Assembly: GCA_003427395.1 (NCBI GenBank)
Contig: BFEA01000010.1
Location: forward strand, 2,105,578-2,169,577
Reading direction: 5' to 3'
Length of the DNA: 64,000 nucleotides
From: Chara braunii
Taxonomy: Eukaryota > Plantae > Charophyceae
In this document: one piece after another, positions 10,950-23,690 of the stretch
Layout of the letters: every line of letters begins with the position of its first letter
Position numbering within the stretch: position 1 is the first letter of the stretch
Notes under the pieces: generated by a model
The model's input: the letters and a program-made list of their open reading frames with translations, nothing else
Databases searched by the model: none
What the model was told of the DNA's origin: nothing
Translations under genes and position numbers: made by a program

Positions 10950-12350
10950 CAGCAAGTCCCACGTCAGCATTCTGAATGCTCAGGCGCAGCGCCCGACTAG
11001 CCACTCAACAGCAGGTTGCAGTTCCAGCACCCATCGAACCCCAACCAGCCCTCCGTACACCGCAGACGACACCGACCTCAACCATGGTCACGCCAGCCGC
11101 CGCTAGAGGTGCAGCCGTTTCTCAAGTTGGTAGTTCCGGTGCGGAATAGGGACTCGGAAGTCCCGTACTCAACGGCATGCGAGGCAAACAGCCCCGCGAG
11201 TCCATCTACCATCTATGACTTTGCCGCCCGCGTCCTCACCTTAAGTAACTGGTGGCTAAAGAGGAACAGCGGCAAGCCGAGGCAGCAGCCGCATTACGAC
11301 GGTGGCAGCAAAAAGCCGTGGAGGCTCAACGTCGCAGCAGGAGACAACAACAAAGGCAGTCCAGCGCCTCTAACAAGAATCCGCAACAAGCTTGCTGTAG
11401 CAAGAGCTGGAGTATACAGCCATGCTGCGAGCTTGGCATTTTACCCCGACGGATGGCCACAACCAACAGTCGGTCGACGAAAAGACAAAGGAAGAAGTGT
11501 CCAAGCTCCTCATGCGACTGATGTTAACCTGACATTGGCAACAACAAGAGTTATAGCGACTCGAGCGCGTCATCGACGAACTTCGGGATTTGCAAGGACA
11601 AGCAAACCGAAGTTTCTATGCGCGCCTCGACCGCTTGGTGCAGGACGCCGCCGCTTCAGCCAGCGCCGCACCAAGTAACAACCATCCATCCACGAGTCAA
11701 CAGGAGCAGCGGATCGACCATGTGGTCGCCACCATCGGCGATCTTGGCACGTTCATGGAACCAACAACGATTAGTCACCAGATTTCTTCATTGACCTGCA
11801 GTCTCCGTACGCTACAGTATCGACCTTCGGGTAGCGGCGAACAACGTTTGTGAAAGATGACAAACTTCAACATTGAGAAGTTTGACGACTACACCAAGCA
11901 GGATCCTCTCACATGGTGGGAAGGCTTTACCACGGAACTAAGCTTTTGTGAAGTCCCCGATCACCTCAAGATCGTGACCCTCTTACCTCAACACCACTGG
12001 TGCGTGCCAAGTCTTGCTCAACCACCTAGCGGTCAAGGAGGGCGTCAATATGGACCGCCTGCACACCAAGATGGACTGGGACACCGTTGAAGCTCTGTGG
12101 AAAGCACGCTTTATCGGCCAAGACGAGGTCACCCAGGGCATCAACAAAGTTTTCCAAATGTAGCAAGGGAGCCAGCCGACGCGCGAATGGTCGACCGATT
12201 GGCAATAGATTGTTCCCATGCCGGATCCAAACTTACCATTCACACACATTCGTCGCGAGTTTTTCAAACGATAGATTGACTCCTTGACACAAGCATTAGG
12301 ACGAGTGGAGGACTACAATGACTTTGACACAATCGTCACTCAAACATGCT
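10950..12350 (+). pseudogene. Degenerate retrotransposon gag
   Basis: Fragments IEKFDDYTKQDPLTWWEGFTTEL and LWKARFI..GINKVFQM.QGSQPTREW resemble Retrotrans_gag. Multiple stops and frameshifts. Confidence 0.6.
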
Positions 12351-13499
12351 TCCTCATCCAACAATACACATTTCGTTAAAAGTGAACCTTTTGATTGTTC
12401 AGTTTTTATAACAAAGCCGGAATTCACGTTGGAGCGACATAAGTAAAAGAAATTAATGTTGGCAATATGAACTGAGGAGCGACATAAATAATAATAAATC
12501 GAAACAATCATTGCTAAGTGTTGCTAAGTGGGCAGTGATATGGGTCAACCACCATCGCTTGAGAACTCGACCCATCAACCTCCAACTTGTTACTGAGCCT
12601 ATGACATTTACTTAGTCGACCGTTAGTCCCCCACCCCCACCCAACCCCAACCACCCCAGCACACCAACGGTGACCAACCCCCTTAAAATCACTGTGATAT
12701 CGAATTTCTCCCTTGTTAGCTATTTTCGAGGTAGCCTTTTGGAGCGGCCTCTCTGCGACTAAGAATAAACTCCAGGTTTGTTTGAGTGCTTCGGGCCCAT
12801 CAACGTGCAACTTGTATGCTTCTTAAAATATTTCTTAGTCGGACGTTGGTCCTGGGCCTGGATTCGAGGTCGTAGTCCAGGACATCCCAGGTCTTAGACT
12901 CTGCGTGGAAGGGATTACCCCCCGCACAGAGCCTACTTGCCCTGCCCACCGAGACACACGACCTAAAGGCCTGAGGTGTCGCAGGGGCCGCACGGCTGTT
13001 TCTTCAGCCGTGCAATATCGTGAAGGGGTTGACCCTCACGATACTTCGAGATTGACACTTGAGTGTCATGAGCGGTACTCGGATCCATGAGGGGCCGCTT
13101 GATTATGGGCACTACATAGTACGCCATCATTGTGACTGCTTGCGTGCACATGCATTGCGAGTCGATATGAGATAGCCCTGCCCGCGCGGGTTTATACTAA
13201 GTCTCACGAGCGTCGCCTATCCGATTTCCACGTCGGAAAGTTATGGGATGGCTACTGAAGGGACTAGGAATGTTGTCGCGTTGATGTTATGTTGTGTTGT
13301 GTCGTTTCGTGTGTGTGTGTGTGTGTGTTTTATTTTTATGTTCGTAGTGTGGTGTACGCGTAGTGAGCAGGATACGTCCTAGGCGACCGACGTCGAATCG
13401 CGCCTCGGACTTCAGCCCCCCGAGTGCGCCGGTTCGCGTGCGGGTCCGATAAAGGCGTGGGACCACGAGTACCTACAGCGAACGAGAAACGCCCTCGGC

Positions 13500-13870
13500 T
13501 GGTCCACCTCTGCGATTGCAACTGATTAACTTCCGTACTGTCGACTGGTAGCTCAGCGGGGATACGCCCACCGAAGGGAGGTGACAGCTCTCGTAAGGTG
13601 GAGGTAAGTCGCGCCTTGCGTAGGCCCTATCCTGTCCTAGGGGGTCGCGAGATGTATGGCTGGTGCACTCGGCCGGAGCGGCTTGCGGAAGGTCCATATG
13701 TATCTGTGACGAGGATTAAGATCAACTCCTGCATGACGTGGCCGGAAGGGTCCCGCTCTACTTCGTACGGTGCCGGACCGATTTGCTCGATAGCGTCACT
13801 GACCCCAAAAATTGGACGCTCTAAGCAGGTCATTAATTTCTGCGAGCAATGGTAGAGGACGAAATCTTAA
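13500..13870 (+). mobile_element. Remnant of the 5' internal region of a gypsy family related to the element at 46635-63300
   Basis: CTGGTAGCTCAG..ATACGCC.ACC.AAGGG.GGTGACA..GAGGTAAGT is homologous to 50810-50875. Confidence 0.55.
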
Positions 13871-14887
13871 ACTACGAATTAATTTCCAAATGCTTTCGTA
13901 CACTTAGTCGTTGGAAGAGGTGAGTAAGGGTTGTAAGCGGGATAGAAATGCCACACACAGAGTCGTTGGAAGAGGTCAGGAAGCGCTGTAAGCGGGATAC
14001 TAATGACTGCCAGCAAAGTTGAAGGAGGACGGAATTCCAAACTCAGAAAAATTCCTTGTATAAGACTCTGAGGACCTTGCCCGCACTGAGCCTGGCAAAT
14101 GTGATGCATCGTACAGTTCCCACTCGCAAAGATTTTAATCTTAGCAATTCTGGTGCATCTTTATCCGTCAACACGTCAGTTGAGCGTGAGATGAAATCAA
14201 TGCGCAGGGGTACGGTGCTACATATTTTCAAGGTCTAGCATCCGACGCAACATAAAGGCGAGTGAAAACTCACGCTAAAGGTGCCAACGGTTATTAACTC
14301 TCATCACCACATTATACGAGATTGCCACTGGATTCGCTCACCCATGGCATACCCGTTGTCGACCCCTTTTAGCAAAAAGGTTTGGGCATCGGGAATCCTA
14401 ACAGCGACGATGATGACTACACATTAAAAGTGTTTGCAACCCTTATAGCGATACGTTAAGGTGTCGTGCACCCCTGTTACCGATATGTTAAGGCGTCGGA
14501 AATCGCAAAAGACTAAAAGCGACCACGTCTACTGATGCTTTGATGGTCCGATAATGGATGTGAAGGTAACGCCACCGTTATTGTGAAGGTGCGACAAAGG
14601 TTGCTTCTGAATTTAGAACGGTAGTCGTAAGAGGTGAGGAGACGTTCTAAGCGAGTCAGAAATTCCCTTCAGTTAAGGTAGAGGAGGGAATCTTAAACTA
14701 CGAATTAATTCGCAATCATCGTTTCGCACAGTGAGGTGTCAGAAAAGGTGAGGAGGCGCTTTAAACCACCACTCCCTCCGACAACAGGAAATAACCCCCC
14801 CTGTGAGTTCTGGCGGGTTCTTCGGGATGGCGACGACCGGAGGCGGAAACACGGGGGGGGAGGGGGAGAGAGAGAGGGAGAGAGAAA

Positions 14888-15367
14888 GAGGGTCCGAGGT
14901 CCTTGCTTTAACCCGGAAAGTCATTGACAGATACTAGTTGAACAACGAATCAATTCGCAGTTATCGGTGTTTGACAGAGCACCTTAAGGAAGTGCCAAAC
15001 AGTCATTGGCTCTCTGTGCGGATTGCCAGAAGCACTCTCAGGGAACCTTGATGCCTGGTTGAAGTTATGTCGTGATCTGTTTGGTGACTGAGCACCTTCA
15101 AGAAATATCAAACAGTCGTTGGTTGTCTGCGCGGATTGCCATTAGTACTCTTAGGGAACGTTGATGATGGCTGTGGATTTGTTCCATGCAGGTTATCAGT
15201 TTTTGGGCAGTCTTCCGCCACTGGGCTAGTTTGGTGGGTCTGTGGTTGGTCTTCCTGTTGGACCTAGATCTGTTTCGAGCAGAGTTTTGCACTCCATAAA
15301 TAGAATTGAACTTCAGGTCCCGCAAGTTAGCAGTTCTTGGGAAGTCTTTGATGCTTAATCGCAGTTG
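14888..15367 (+). repeat. Left terminal inverted repeat (~480 bp, starts GAGGGTCCGAG)
   Basis: Reverse complement of 7527-8018. The ORF track shows nearly the same peptide at 15098-15325(-) and 7530-7808(+). Confidence 0.78.
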
Positions 15368-16955
15368 TTGGAAAGTCGGGCCTAGTCTCGCAATTTGACA
15401 ACGACAACGCGCTGAGAAAAACTCACAAAAAATTCCGAAAATTGTAGGCTTCGTAGATTTGCTCGTGATCGTTCAAGGAAAAATATCAAAAATTTGAAGG
15501 AAGCACTTGTGGCATGCCGACCTTGCCAAGAGGGAGGAACCAATTTCCCATTCGACAAGACATGGCTCAAATGACAACCTTTTTCACGATTTATCCATTT
15601 TTTCGATAAGAAAGAAGACCTTTAAATAAAATATCATTTTTTGCGAACTTGCATAAATGATCAGTCTTCCAGTTACAATACAGAAGGTAACAATTTTGGC
15701 CAATCATCCATTTTGTTGAACGCCTCATATCGATCCTTCAGCGACAAACAATGTCGAAGCTCATGGGTCAAGCACACATACATTCTGGCGATAGCACAAT
15801 TGATGATCATTTTGTCGAACTTGCAGTTATGAACAAATTCTTGTTGACAATACAAAAGGTAATCATTTTGGCAAATTTGTAAACATAAACGGTCTTATCA
15901 CAAATGTATGGCATCCAAAGTGCGAATATGTTCGCATTTGTCATACGGAAACAACAGTCAGCATTCAGTGGAGAGTACGAGATGTATTCTGGCGATAACA
16001 AAATTGGTCATCATTTAGTGCACCGCTGAATTTTCTGAAGTCCGTAAAACAACTTCAAGCACACATACATTATGGTGATAATCGGTTTCCGAATTGAGAA
16101 TAAGTTCGCAGTTGTCATATGGAACCAACAGTCAGCATTCAGTGGAGACAAGAAGGATGGTGGTTGCGGGGAGGAGGGTACAGCAGAGGGGGTGAACCAT
16201 AAAACGGGGCGGCAAGCGCAGAACAGGGGCGAACCAAAATATGTGAAAGCTGGGCGATCGGGGTGGGGGGGGGGGAGGGGGGCTTTCACACCACAAAGTC
16301 TCGCGTAAGAAAGAGATAAGCACGAAACAATTTGGCGACCAAGAAGAAATCATCGATATCGTTCACCAACATCTTGCTAAATGAACCAGAGTATCGAGTC
16401 GTACGAGCATGAGTGTAAAGAATGTCCACAAGAGGACAAAGATGTCCCACGAGTAATACAGGAGCACAACCTGGAAACGAATAAAGGCAGCACGGCGCTG
16501 TCGCGGTCGTAGAGGACATAAGGAGAACAACCCGAAAACAAACAAAGGCAGCACAAAGCTAGGATATTTACATCCGATATTAAAGCATCCACTCAAAAGA
16601 TACTGCACCACGTGGCTAGTATATTTACATCGACATCTAAGCTTCTACTTCACCTAAGCGTCCTCTGCAACCCTCTAGCTGATGTTGCTCGGCAAGGAAT
16701 GAGAATAACCTGAAAACAAAGTTGACAGGTTCCTCGAAATGAAGAACCCTTAAAAAAACACTACATCACGAGGCTGGGATATTCACATCGACACCTAAGC
16801 GTTTACTTGATCAAAACATCCACTGCAACCCGCTATCTCATCAAAACAACAGCACAGCTCGAACCAGCCGACTGTTAGACTAAGTGGGAATAAATTCGCA
16901 ATTCTGCTTATGGCTTTGCGAATAAAAAACTTCGAGTATTTTTAAAATATGGGTA

Positions 16956-17600
16956 TTATTCTAAGCCTTGGAGTATGTCTACCGCAATCCTCAGCCTGAT
17001 GTTTGGAATGTCGCTTTGGGCTATCGGAAATGGTGGTGGATGGCCGCGTGCAATAAAAGAAGCGAAGGCAAGCATGAAAACACTGCAGCTCGACCCGTCC
17101 GACTATTGAGGGACACCATGAACAACCACCTCGGGCTCCGGGAGATTCAGTTTCGCGTTTTGACCATATTGACTAACTGCTTCGTCACGGAGGTATTTCG
17201 TGAAGTTCGCAAGCACATCGGAAGAAAAACCGCCATCGTCTTGTAGGAGGGAGTCGTACTACTCCAGTCGTCCTTCGCGGACACATAATAGGGTCCAGTG
17301 CACTCGATTTTTATGAACAGGAATCAATACCATGTTGTACAAGAAAATATTCACATCTTTTGTCCATCTCGCAACCCTATCATGTCGACATCCACCACCG
17401 ACGAGCTTGGTACAGAAAAACAGACTGAAAATGTAAACAGAGGGACACCCAGGCAACGTAGCGTTGCCAAGCAAGGCCAAGTACGACTCCACCACCTCGT
17501 CGGAAAGCCACCTCCCCTGGACAAGAGTTTGAAGATTTTTTCTGCTCAACAGAGTAGAACTGGCCCTTTGCGAATCAAGGAAACCACCACGTGGCCGTTG
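16956..17600 (-). pseudogene. Ulp1/SENP-like cysteine protease domain (peptidase C48)
   Basis: RWLSDEVVESYL, YIFSLFFCTKL, VARWTKDVNIF, LIPVHKNRVHWTLL. Reading past the stop gives YDSL and VPQ*SDGSSCSVFML, so the His-Asp-Cys triad is visible. Two premature stops. Confidence 0.9.
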
Positions 17601-18749
17601 CTGAAATCTCCGCAGACATCCTGCAACATTCTCAACTCTGTAGCGCTAATCTTCTCTGTAGGCAGGGAAACACGAAAAGATGATGTAGTCCCAGCTGCAC
17701 AAACACCCACGAACAAGTGTGAGGAGCGACCAAAATTACGGGGGCGAATTGGCTAAGAACTGTGTGCCCTTTTTCTAGAAAAGTTATATCCCTGACTGTT
17801 GAATGTATCCTTGGCGATGTACTTAGGATACGGGTCTTTGGAGATACCCCATTTGGCATCGTCATCAGACCCGTCAGACAAAGCAGTAATGCTTTCAATA
17901 GACGCAACCACATATTTCTGCAGAATTTCCTCCTTATCTATTTCACAAGCCTTCAGAACCCTGACAGCTCTCTGGGAAAGGCAAGGCATCTGGACCCTTT
18001 TAAACAACCCTACACTTGATGACGACGTCTTCGGTAAAGCGGCCAATAACCTCCCTGAAAAATATTTCCCGCGCATGGCTTTTGAAGTCTTCATGGCCAC
18101 GGACATTGACAACCTCACATCTGTAAAACATAGAAAACAACCCACAACCCACAAGTTGTTTTTTAACAAGTGGTAATAGCTACATGAGCCCATCACATCA
18201 ATTTGGATGAACACAGAGTTGAATGGTGACAGATATGTGAGTGCTACTATTCACAAATCTTACCGTGCTCAGGAGTCCTTCGAGGTAAATCGCCCACCTG
18301 TCGCGCCACTGTGCCAACGTCCACGGAGGATTCGACGTTCTGCACCTAGACCACGGTTGAGTCGCTAACCAGCTCGGTGGCAGCTGGGTCGCTGTCCAAC
18401 TCGATGGCTTCATGAAGTACCATTTCCCGACCAGTACCGAGGACAGACGCTCGATCACCTTGTTCTTCACCGCAATAGGTGGACTGAGAATCATGATCTT
18501 TCCCCTCTGGATCCATATGGATGTCGACCACCACCTCACCGCCTTCCACCACGGGTTCTTCGCCTTTCTCATCGCCTTAAAACCCGAGCTTCCACCAGGG
18601 GTTCTTCTTCGCCTTCCTCATCGCCAAGATGCCGAGTTTCCACAAATGTCCACGTACGTCCTTCCTCCCTACGGTCATTGCCTTCCACAAACGTCCATTG
18701 ACCTCCCTTAACATCACCCTCTTGCGTCGCCCCCACAACCGACCGACTG

Positions 18750-19550
18750 TGCAGAACCTCTTTGGACGTCCCGATCACCAGCACTCCTGCGTCAAGCCCC
18801 TTCAGCACTTTGCGAGCCGGCCAGTGTTGAGTCTCCTCTTCCCCCTACAGAGCATGCGCTTCTTATGAGAGCTCCTCTTCCCCCAGAGCCGTTGTACTCT
18901 TGCTCTCCGAGTCGACGAACGTACCCTCTGAACCTTGACGTTCATGCTCGCCAACCCCGGTCTCCAAAACTCTTGTATCGACCCCCTTCAGCACGTTGAG
19001 AGCCGGCCAATGTTGAGTCTCCTCTTCCCGCTGCAGAGCATGCACCTCTTGTGAGAGCTCCTCTACCCCCGGAGCTGCTGTACTCTTGCTCTCCGAATCG
19101 ACGGACGGACCCTCCGAAACTTGAGCGTTCATGCTAGCCCCGGTCTCCAACACTCCTGCATCGAGCCCCTTCCGCACTTCGCGAGCTGGCCAGTGTTGAG
19201 TCTCCTCTTTCCGCTGCAGAGCATGAGCTTCCTGTGAGAGTTCCTCTTCCCCCGGAGCTGATGTACTCTTGCTCTCAGAGTCGACGAACGCAACCTCCGA
19301 AGCATGGCGTTCATACTCGCTAGCCCCACTCTCCAACACTCTACGAGACTGGCAGTGTTGAGTCTCCTCTTCCCGCTGTACAGCATGCACTCCCGGTGAG
19401 AGCTCCTCTTCCCCAGGAGTTTCTGTACTCTTGGTCTCAAAGTCAACGGATACACCCTCCGAAGCACGACGTTCATACTCGTTACCCCCGGTCTCCAACA
19501 CTCCTGCAGCCGGCCCCTCCAGCACTTTGCGAGACTACCAATCTTGAGTC
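18750..19550 (-). repeat. Coding tandem repeat of ~160-186 bp (~60-aa acidic unit), 4-5 copies
   Basis: Repeated VLETG..E.ER..SE...VDSESKST.APGEEELSQE.HALQREEETQHW in ORF 18863-19525. Confidence 0.85.
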
Positions 19551-21379
19551 TCAACATATGAAAACGGCGGTGAGCAGGGGAACACTGTGCCCAACTGAAG
19601 ATGCGGGGGGTTGGACCTCACATTTCCTTGGCCTCGTGGAACTGTAGCGTGAGGAGCACTGCTGGCGGAAGGCCTGCAGGACGACGTTAATAATTCCGAA
19701 TGTATTCGGACTTTGCGGCGAGCACTGCTGGCGAAAGGCTCACAGGGCGACATCGGTAACTCCGAATCTATTCGGAGTTTGCGGCGCTCGCCAGAGCTGA
19801 GGGAATTGACGGTCGCACTTTCGCTCCTTCGCAATGCAGGCATCCCGGCCTCCAGGCAAAACGAAGACGCAGTTCCTGCCAAGGAATGGTTTTGCCGCTC
19901 AGGAGATGCTGCCGTATGCTGCAGACGTTCGCCCTCTTCCAAGAGGGGCAGGAGCAAGGTGTTGTGCACAGGAGGCGTCGGCTGCGTACTGTTGGACGGA
20001 CTCTCCTCAACATCGGGAAAGAAAGTCCTCGCAGACAAGTGCGAATCTACTCGCACTTGATAAGACTTCAGGGCGGCCTCGTCTCGCATGTCGGAATCTC
20101 GACTCCCTACGCAGTGGTTATAAGTTTCTCTAGACTCGCGACTCCCGAACACTCTACGCTTTTCGCCCGACCCCTTTCCGCCCGACCCCTTCCAGCCCGA
20201 CCCCTTTCCGCCCGACCCCTTTCCACCCGACCCCTTTCCGCCGACCCCTTTCCACCTGACCCCTTTCCGGCAGATCGTGAGTCGTCTCCTCCCTCACCTC
20301 CTCCAACAGATCCTGAGCCGTCTCCTCCGTCACCTCCTCCATGAGATCCTGAGCCGTCTCCTCCGTCACCTCTGCCGTCTCCTTCGTCTCCTCCTCCACC
20401 GCCTCTCGGATGTTCACCATCCGACGGAGGTTGCGGCATGCGTCAGTCAATGCCACGAGATGGTGTCGTTTCGAGTTTGTAGAAAGGCGCTCGAAACTCC
20501 CACATTTTGTTGTCGTACAGCTCGTCGAGCTTCTAGCCTGCATATGCATTGACGTCTGGCGGGGGCTCCTTTCGGGGTTCATCACACTCAAATGCTCCTC
20601 CAGAGTTTCTCTCGTCTTTTTCTTAAATGGACCCGCTCCCTGTCTGTTCAGGCCACTCCACTTGTCATCGGCTTCCTTCATTGCCACGACCCACTTTCCA
20701 TTCTTTACAGCAGGTTGGAATTTCTTGGGGTGTCGGATGACGTTGTGGCCCCAGACATCCTCCGTTGTGAACCGGTGGTGCTTCCCGTAGAAGACGAGTC
20801 TGTCATTCTCCTAGGTTTCATGGTCCTTAGGGAGCTTGTCACCAGGTTCGTACTCATAGTCTCTCTCTTCTTCCCCGTCATCAGACGATTGGTCCTCGAC
20901 TGTTTCGCGCTCAAACACACGCTTCAAACCGGCAGGGGACGCGCTATATCTCCGAGGAACACCTTCCCCTTCATCATCAACCTGTGCAACCACCCGAGGA
21001 AGTGTCATGGACTCGAAATCGAAGGTTTTGGAGTCGCTCAGCTCCTCCATGTCTTCAGCGTCGAAACGGTCCTCCTCGTCAAACTGCGCCTTGTAGTTTT
21101 CGAGGGTCAGCGGTTCGGCCATCAAGAAGAAAATGTGCTCCAGCCTTTTCAGGAAATTTGAGACAGACTCCCTGCGTGCATTGTGGTAACCATTCAGCAC
21201 ACCGAACACCAGGTTTCTCCGTCGATTGTATTCCAAGTCGGTCTGAGTAGGCGGTCCTGGTTGGAAAAGGAAGTCCCAAACCTCCGTCCTTTTGTTCCTC
21301 GACAATTTCCAATACATGTCACGTTTGGGATCCCAGTTTCGTTCGTCGGTGGTCTGGACAAAAGAGCAATGGTGGTGAG

Positions 21380-22230
21380 GGTCCCCCACGCGTGTTTTAA
21401 TGAACTCATTAAGGTAATCGATCATCCTCGCCTCATTCTCTAACGCAACGACGTTCCGACCGCTGCGCAGGAGCTCCCACACGACAGACGCATGCGCCTT
21501 CCGAAAAAAAAAAAACAGTTTGCCCAACTTTGGAAAAGTTTTCGAGCAGACCAATTAGATGAGTCGGGTTGTGTTCCCTGTCCCCGTAAGTAGCTCCACG
21601 AACACTTGTCATGCCGCCGTCCTCCCACTGGCTACGAGGGAACTTGTCCTCGTCTGCCACATCGAAACAGGCCACAACCTGTCCTGATGGGTCGGATGAA
21701 CAGGCAGCTTTCGAGAGGGCCGCCGCCGCGGGTTTGGCCGAACTAGGAGCATGAGCACGGCGAGGCTTCGTTGGACTACTGTCCGGGAAGACTGCGACCG
21801 TGTTGTCTGCCAAGTTCTCGCCATTAAAAACCACGTACAGACGATCATACTCCTCGACCAGCATATTGCCTTCTTGGATAGTGGCCTGCTTTTATGCCTG
21901 GCGCACCCACTTCCCTGCCCTGACGGGATGGACGCTAAGCTTGGCCATGCCTTTCAAGAAACTTAGCTCCCAACGAGAGGGGAAGAAGACCACAAGTGCC
22001 CAGTACCTTGGCGATAGGGTTTCGAGAACGCCTTGCAAGGAGGCGAAATCGTCTTCTTGCCAGTCTGAGAGGAATGTGGGATCACACAAATCGAGGACGT
22101 ACAAGTTGCATACGTAATGTCGCACAATCTCACGGATCTTAGTGAGACAACTGTGAGCTTGGGAAGGCGGACAACCGAAAGGAATAAGGCTGGTCACCCG
22201 GTTGAGCTTGTGCCATTTGATGTGCTTCAC
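21380..22230 (-). pseudogene. Beta-class N6-adenine/N4-cytosine DNA methyltransferase-like fold with degenerate catalytic motifs
   Basis: Motif order matches the N6_N4_Mtase topology: LYVLDLCDP, VLETLSP..ALVVF, GKWVR, EEYDRLYVVF, NPTHLIGLLENFSKVGQTVFFF, ELLRSGRNVVALENE. Canonical DPPY and FxGxG are absent. Confidence 0.55.
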
Positions 22231-23179
22231 ATCCCCGCTGACCCTGATCGTGTCGTGGACTTCCTCCTCCATTCATCGCAAGATGGAACGGACGGACTTC
22301 TCGAAAGATTTAGGGAACCTGTCATCATCGTACATTCTCTTCGTTTGCAAGTGTTCATGTACTCCACCACGCCTTGGAAATGCTTCCACAGTTCGACCCA
22401 CACCTACTTCGTGGGGCCTTGCGGCCCGAACTCCACCAGAAGTAGCCCTTGGTCCGAAAAAAAGGGCTCCCGCAGCGCCAAACCTCTGCGTCCTCCTCCG
22501 ATACAAGGAACAAGATGTAGTGAAACATGCGGAGCATCATGCGGTCCACTTTCCTCATCGCGACCATGTCTTTAATTCCAGGCTTATGTTGACGTTTCAG
22601 ATGCCCGCCCACCGATTGCACAAACACTCCCCTCAATGCGAGAATGTCGTCGAGGATCGACAGTTTTTCGGCATCGGTCATGTCAGTGAGAGACTGCCAA
22701 CAGAACATGTATGGTTCCTTCACGACGACGAAGAACTTGTCTTCCGCTTGCGTTTGCTTTTTGGTCGGAGGCGGCGGGACCGGACCAGCCACCCCATCTT
22801 CGTTTCACGAGCCGCCCCTTTGGCGCCCATTTCCGGAATCGCTTGAAGACCCGGAGATTTGTCTGCCATGTATTTGCCCGGCTTCAACAAGGGCGTCTTC
22901 CCGTCTCCGCCCAACAACTTTCCCTCGGCCCATTTGTCGTAAAACTTCATGCCTTTCCGAAAAACCTCATCACCGGCCGTCACAATCGGCATCCATTGCC
23001 TCAATGCACTGCCAATGGCAGCGACGTGGTCCTTGTCGGCGAGCGTTGTCGTTTTACTTGCCATCGTCCAGTGAGCCCCGTTCGGACTCTTTCCCAAAAA
23101 CAGCTTTTGGAACTCGAAAAACGCTTGTTTTTCGGCCTCCTTACCGGAAGGGTTCCCTTGAATGGCCACTGACCTTCCT

Positions 23180-23690
23180 TAATTCTCCCATGCCTCCCGC
23201 ATGTCATTGAAAGCGGCCTTCTGCGCACGCTGCTTAAACATTTTGTGTCTTGTGTTCTCTGTGAGACTGACCTGCAAATACCCTCCAAAGTCTTCGTCGG
23301 AGAACCACACGACTCTCGCCGGCCACGAGTGCATCTTCCACAATTTGAATATTTGCTCACCGTCCAACTCCTTCACAACAGCCACGGTGTGTTGTCCGTT
23401 GACAGGGTAATAGAAGTACTTATCCTTGTCCTCTGGCTTGAAGACATCCTTGTGAACCCTCTCAGCTCTCTCCGGCTTATGCCTCACTGACTTGTAGATG
23501 GGTGCCAGAACCAAAGGGTTTTTCATCCAGATCTTCCCCTTTTCATCGTGGAACTGCCTTAGCATCGCACCCTTCATGTCCTCCACACCATCGCGAGTGA
23601 GACTGCGGTGATTGTAATATCTTTCCCAGAGCGGGATGTCGTAGACCTTCCTGGGGTCGATGAGCAGTTGAATGGGAGGCTCCCTCTCCA
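23180..23690 (-). pseudogene. ParB/Srx-like N-terminal domain
   Basis: NHRSLTRDGVEDMKGAM..NPLVLAP..YYPVNGQHTVAVVKEL..WPARVVW..YLQVSLTENTRH parallels the ParB pattern R..l..Pi.v..i.G.hR..A..L..vp..v..l.EN. Confidence 0.6.

Noticed and set aside
21380-22230. Active DNA adenine or N4-cytosine methyltransferase
   Set aside because: No DPPY/SPPY/NPPY or FxGxG motif is visible and the copy is frameshifted. Only fold-level similarity is claimed.
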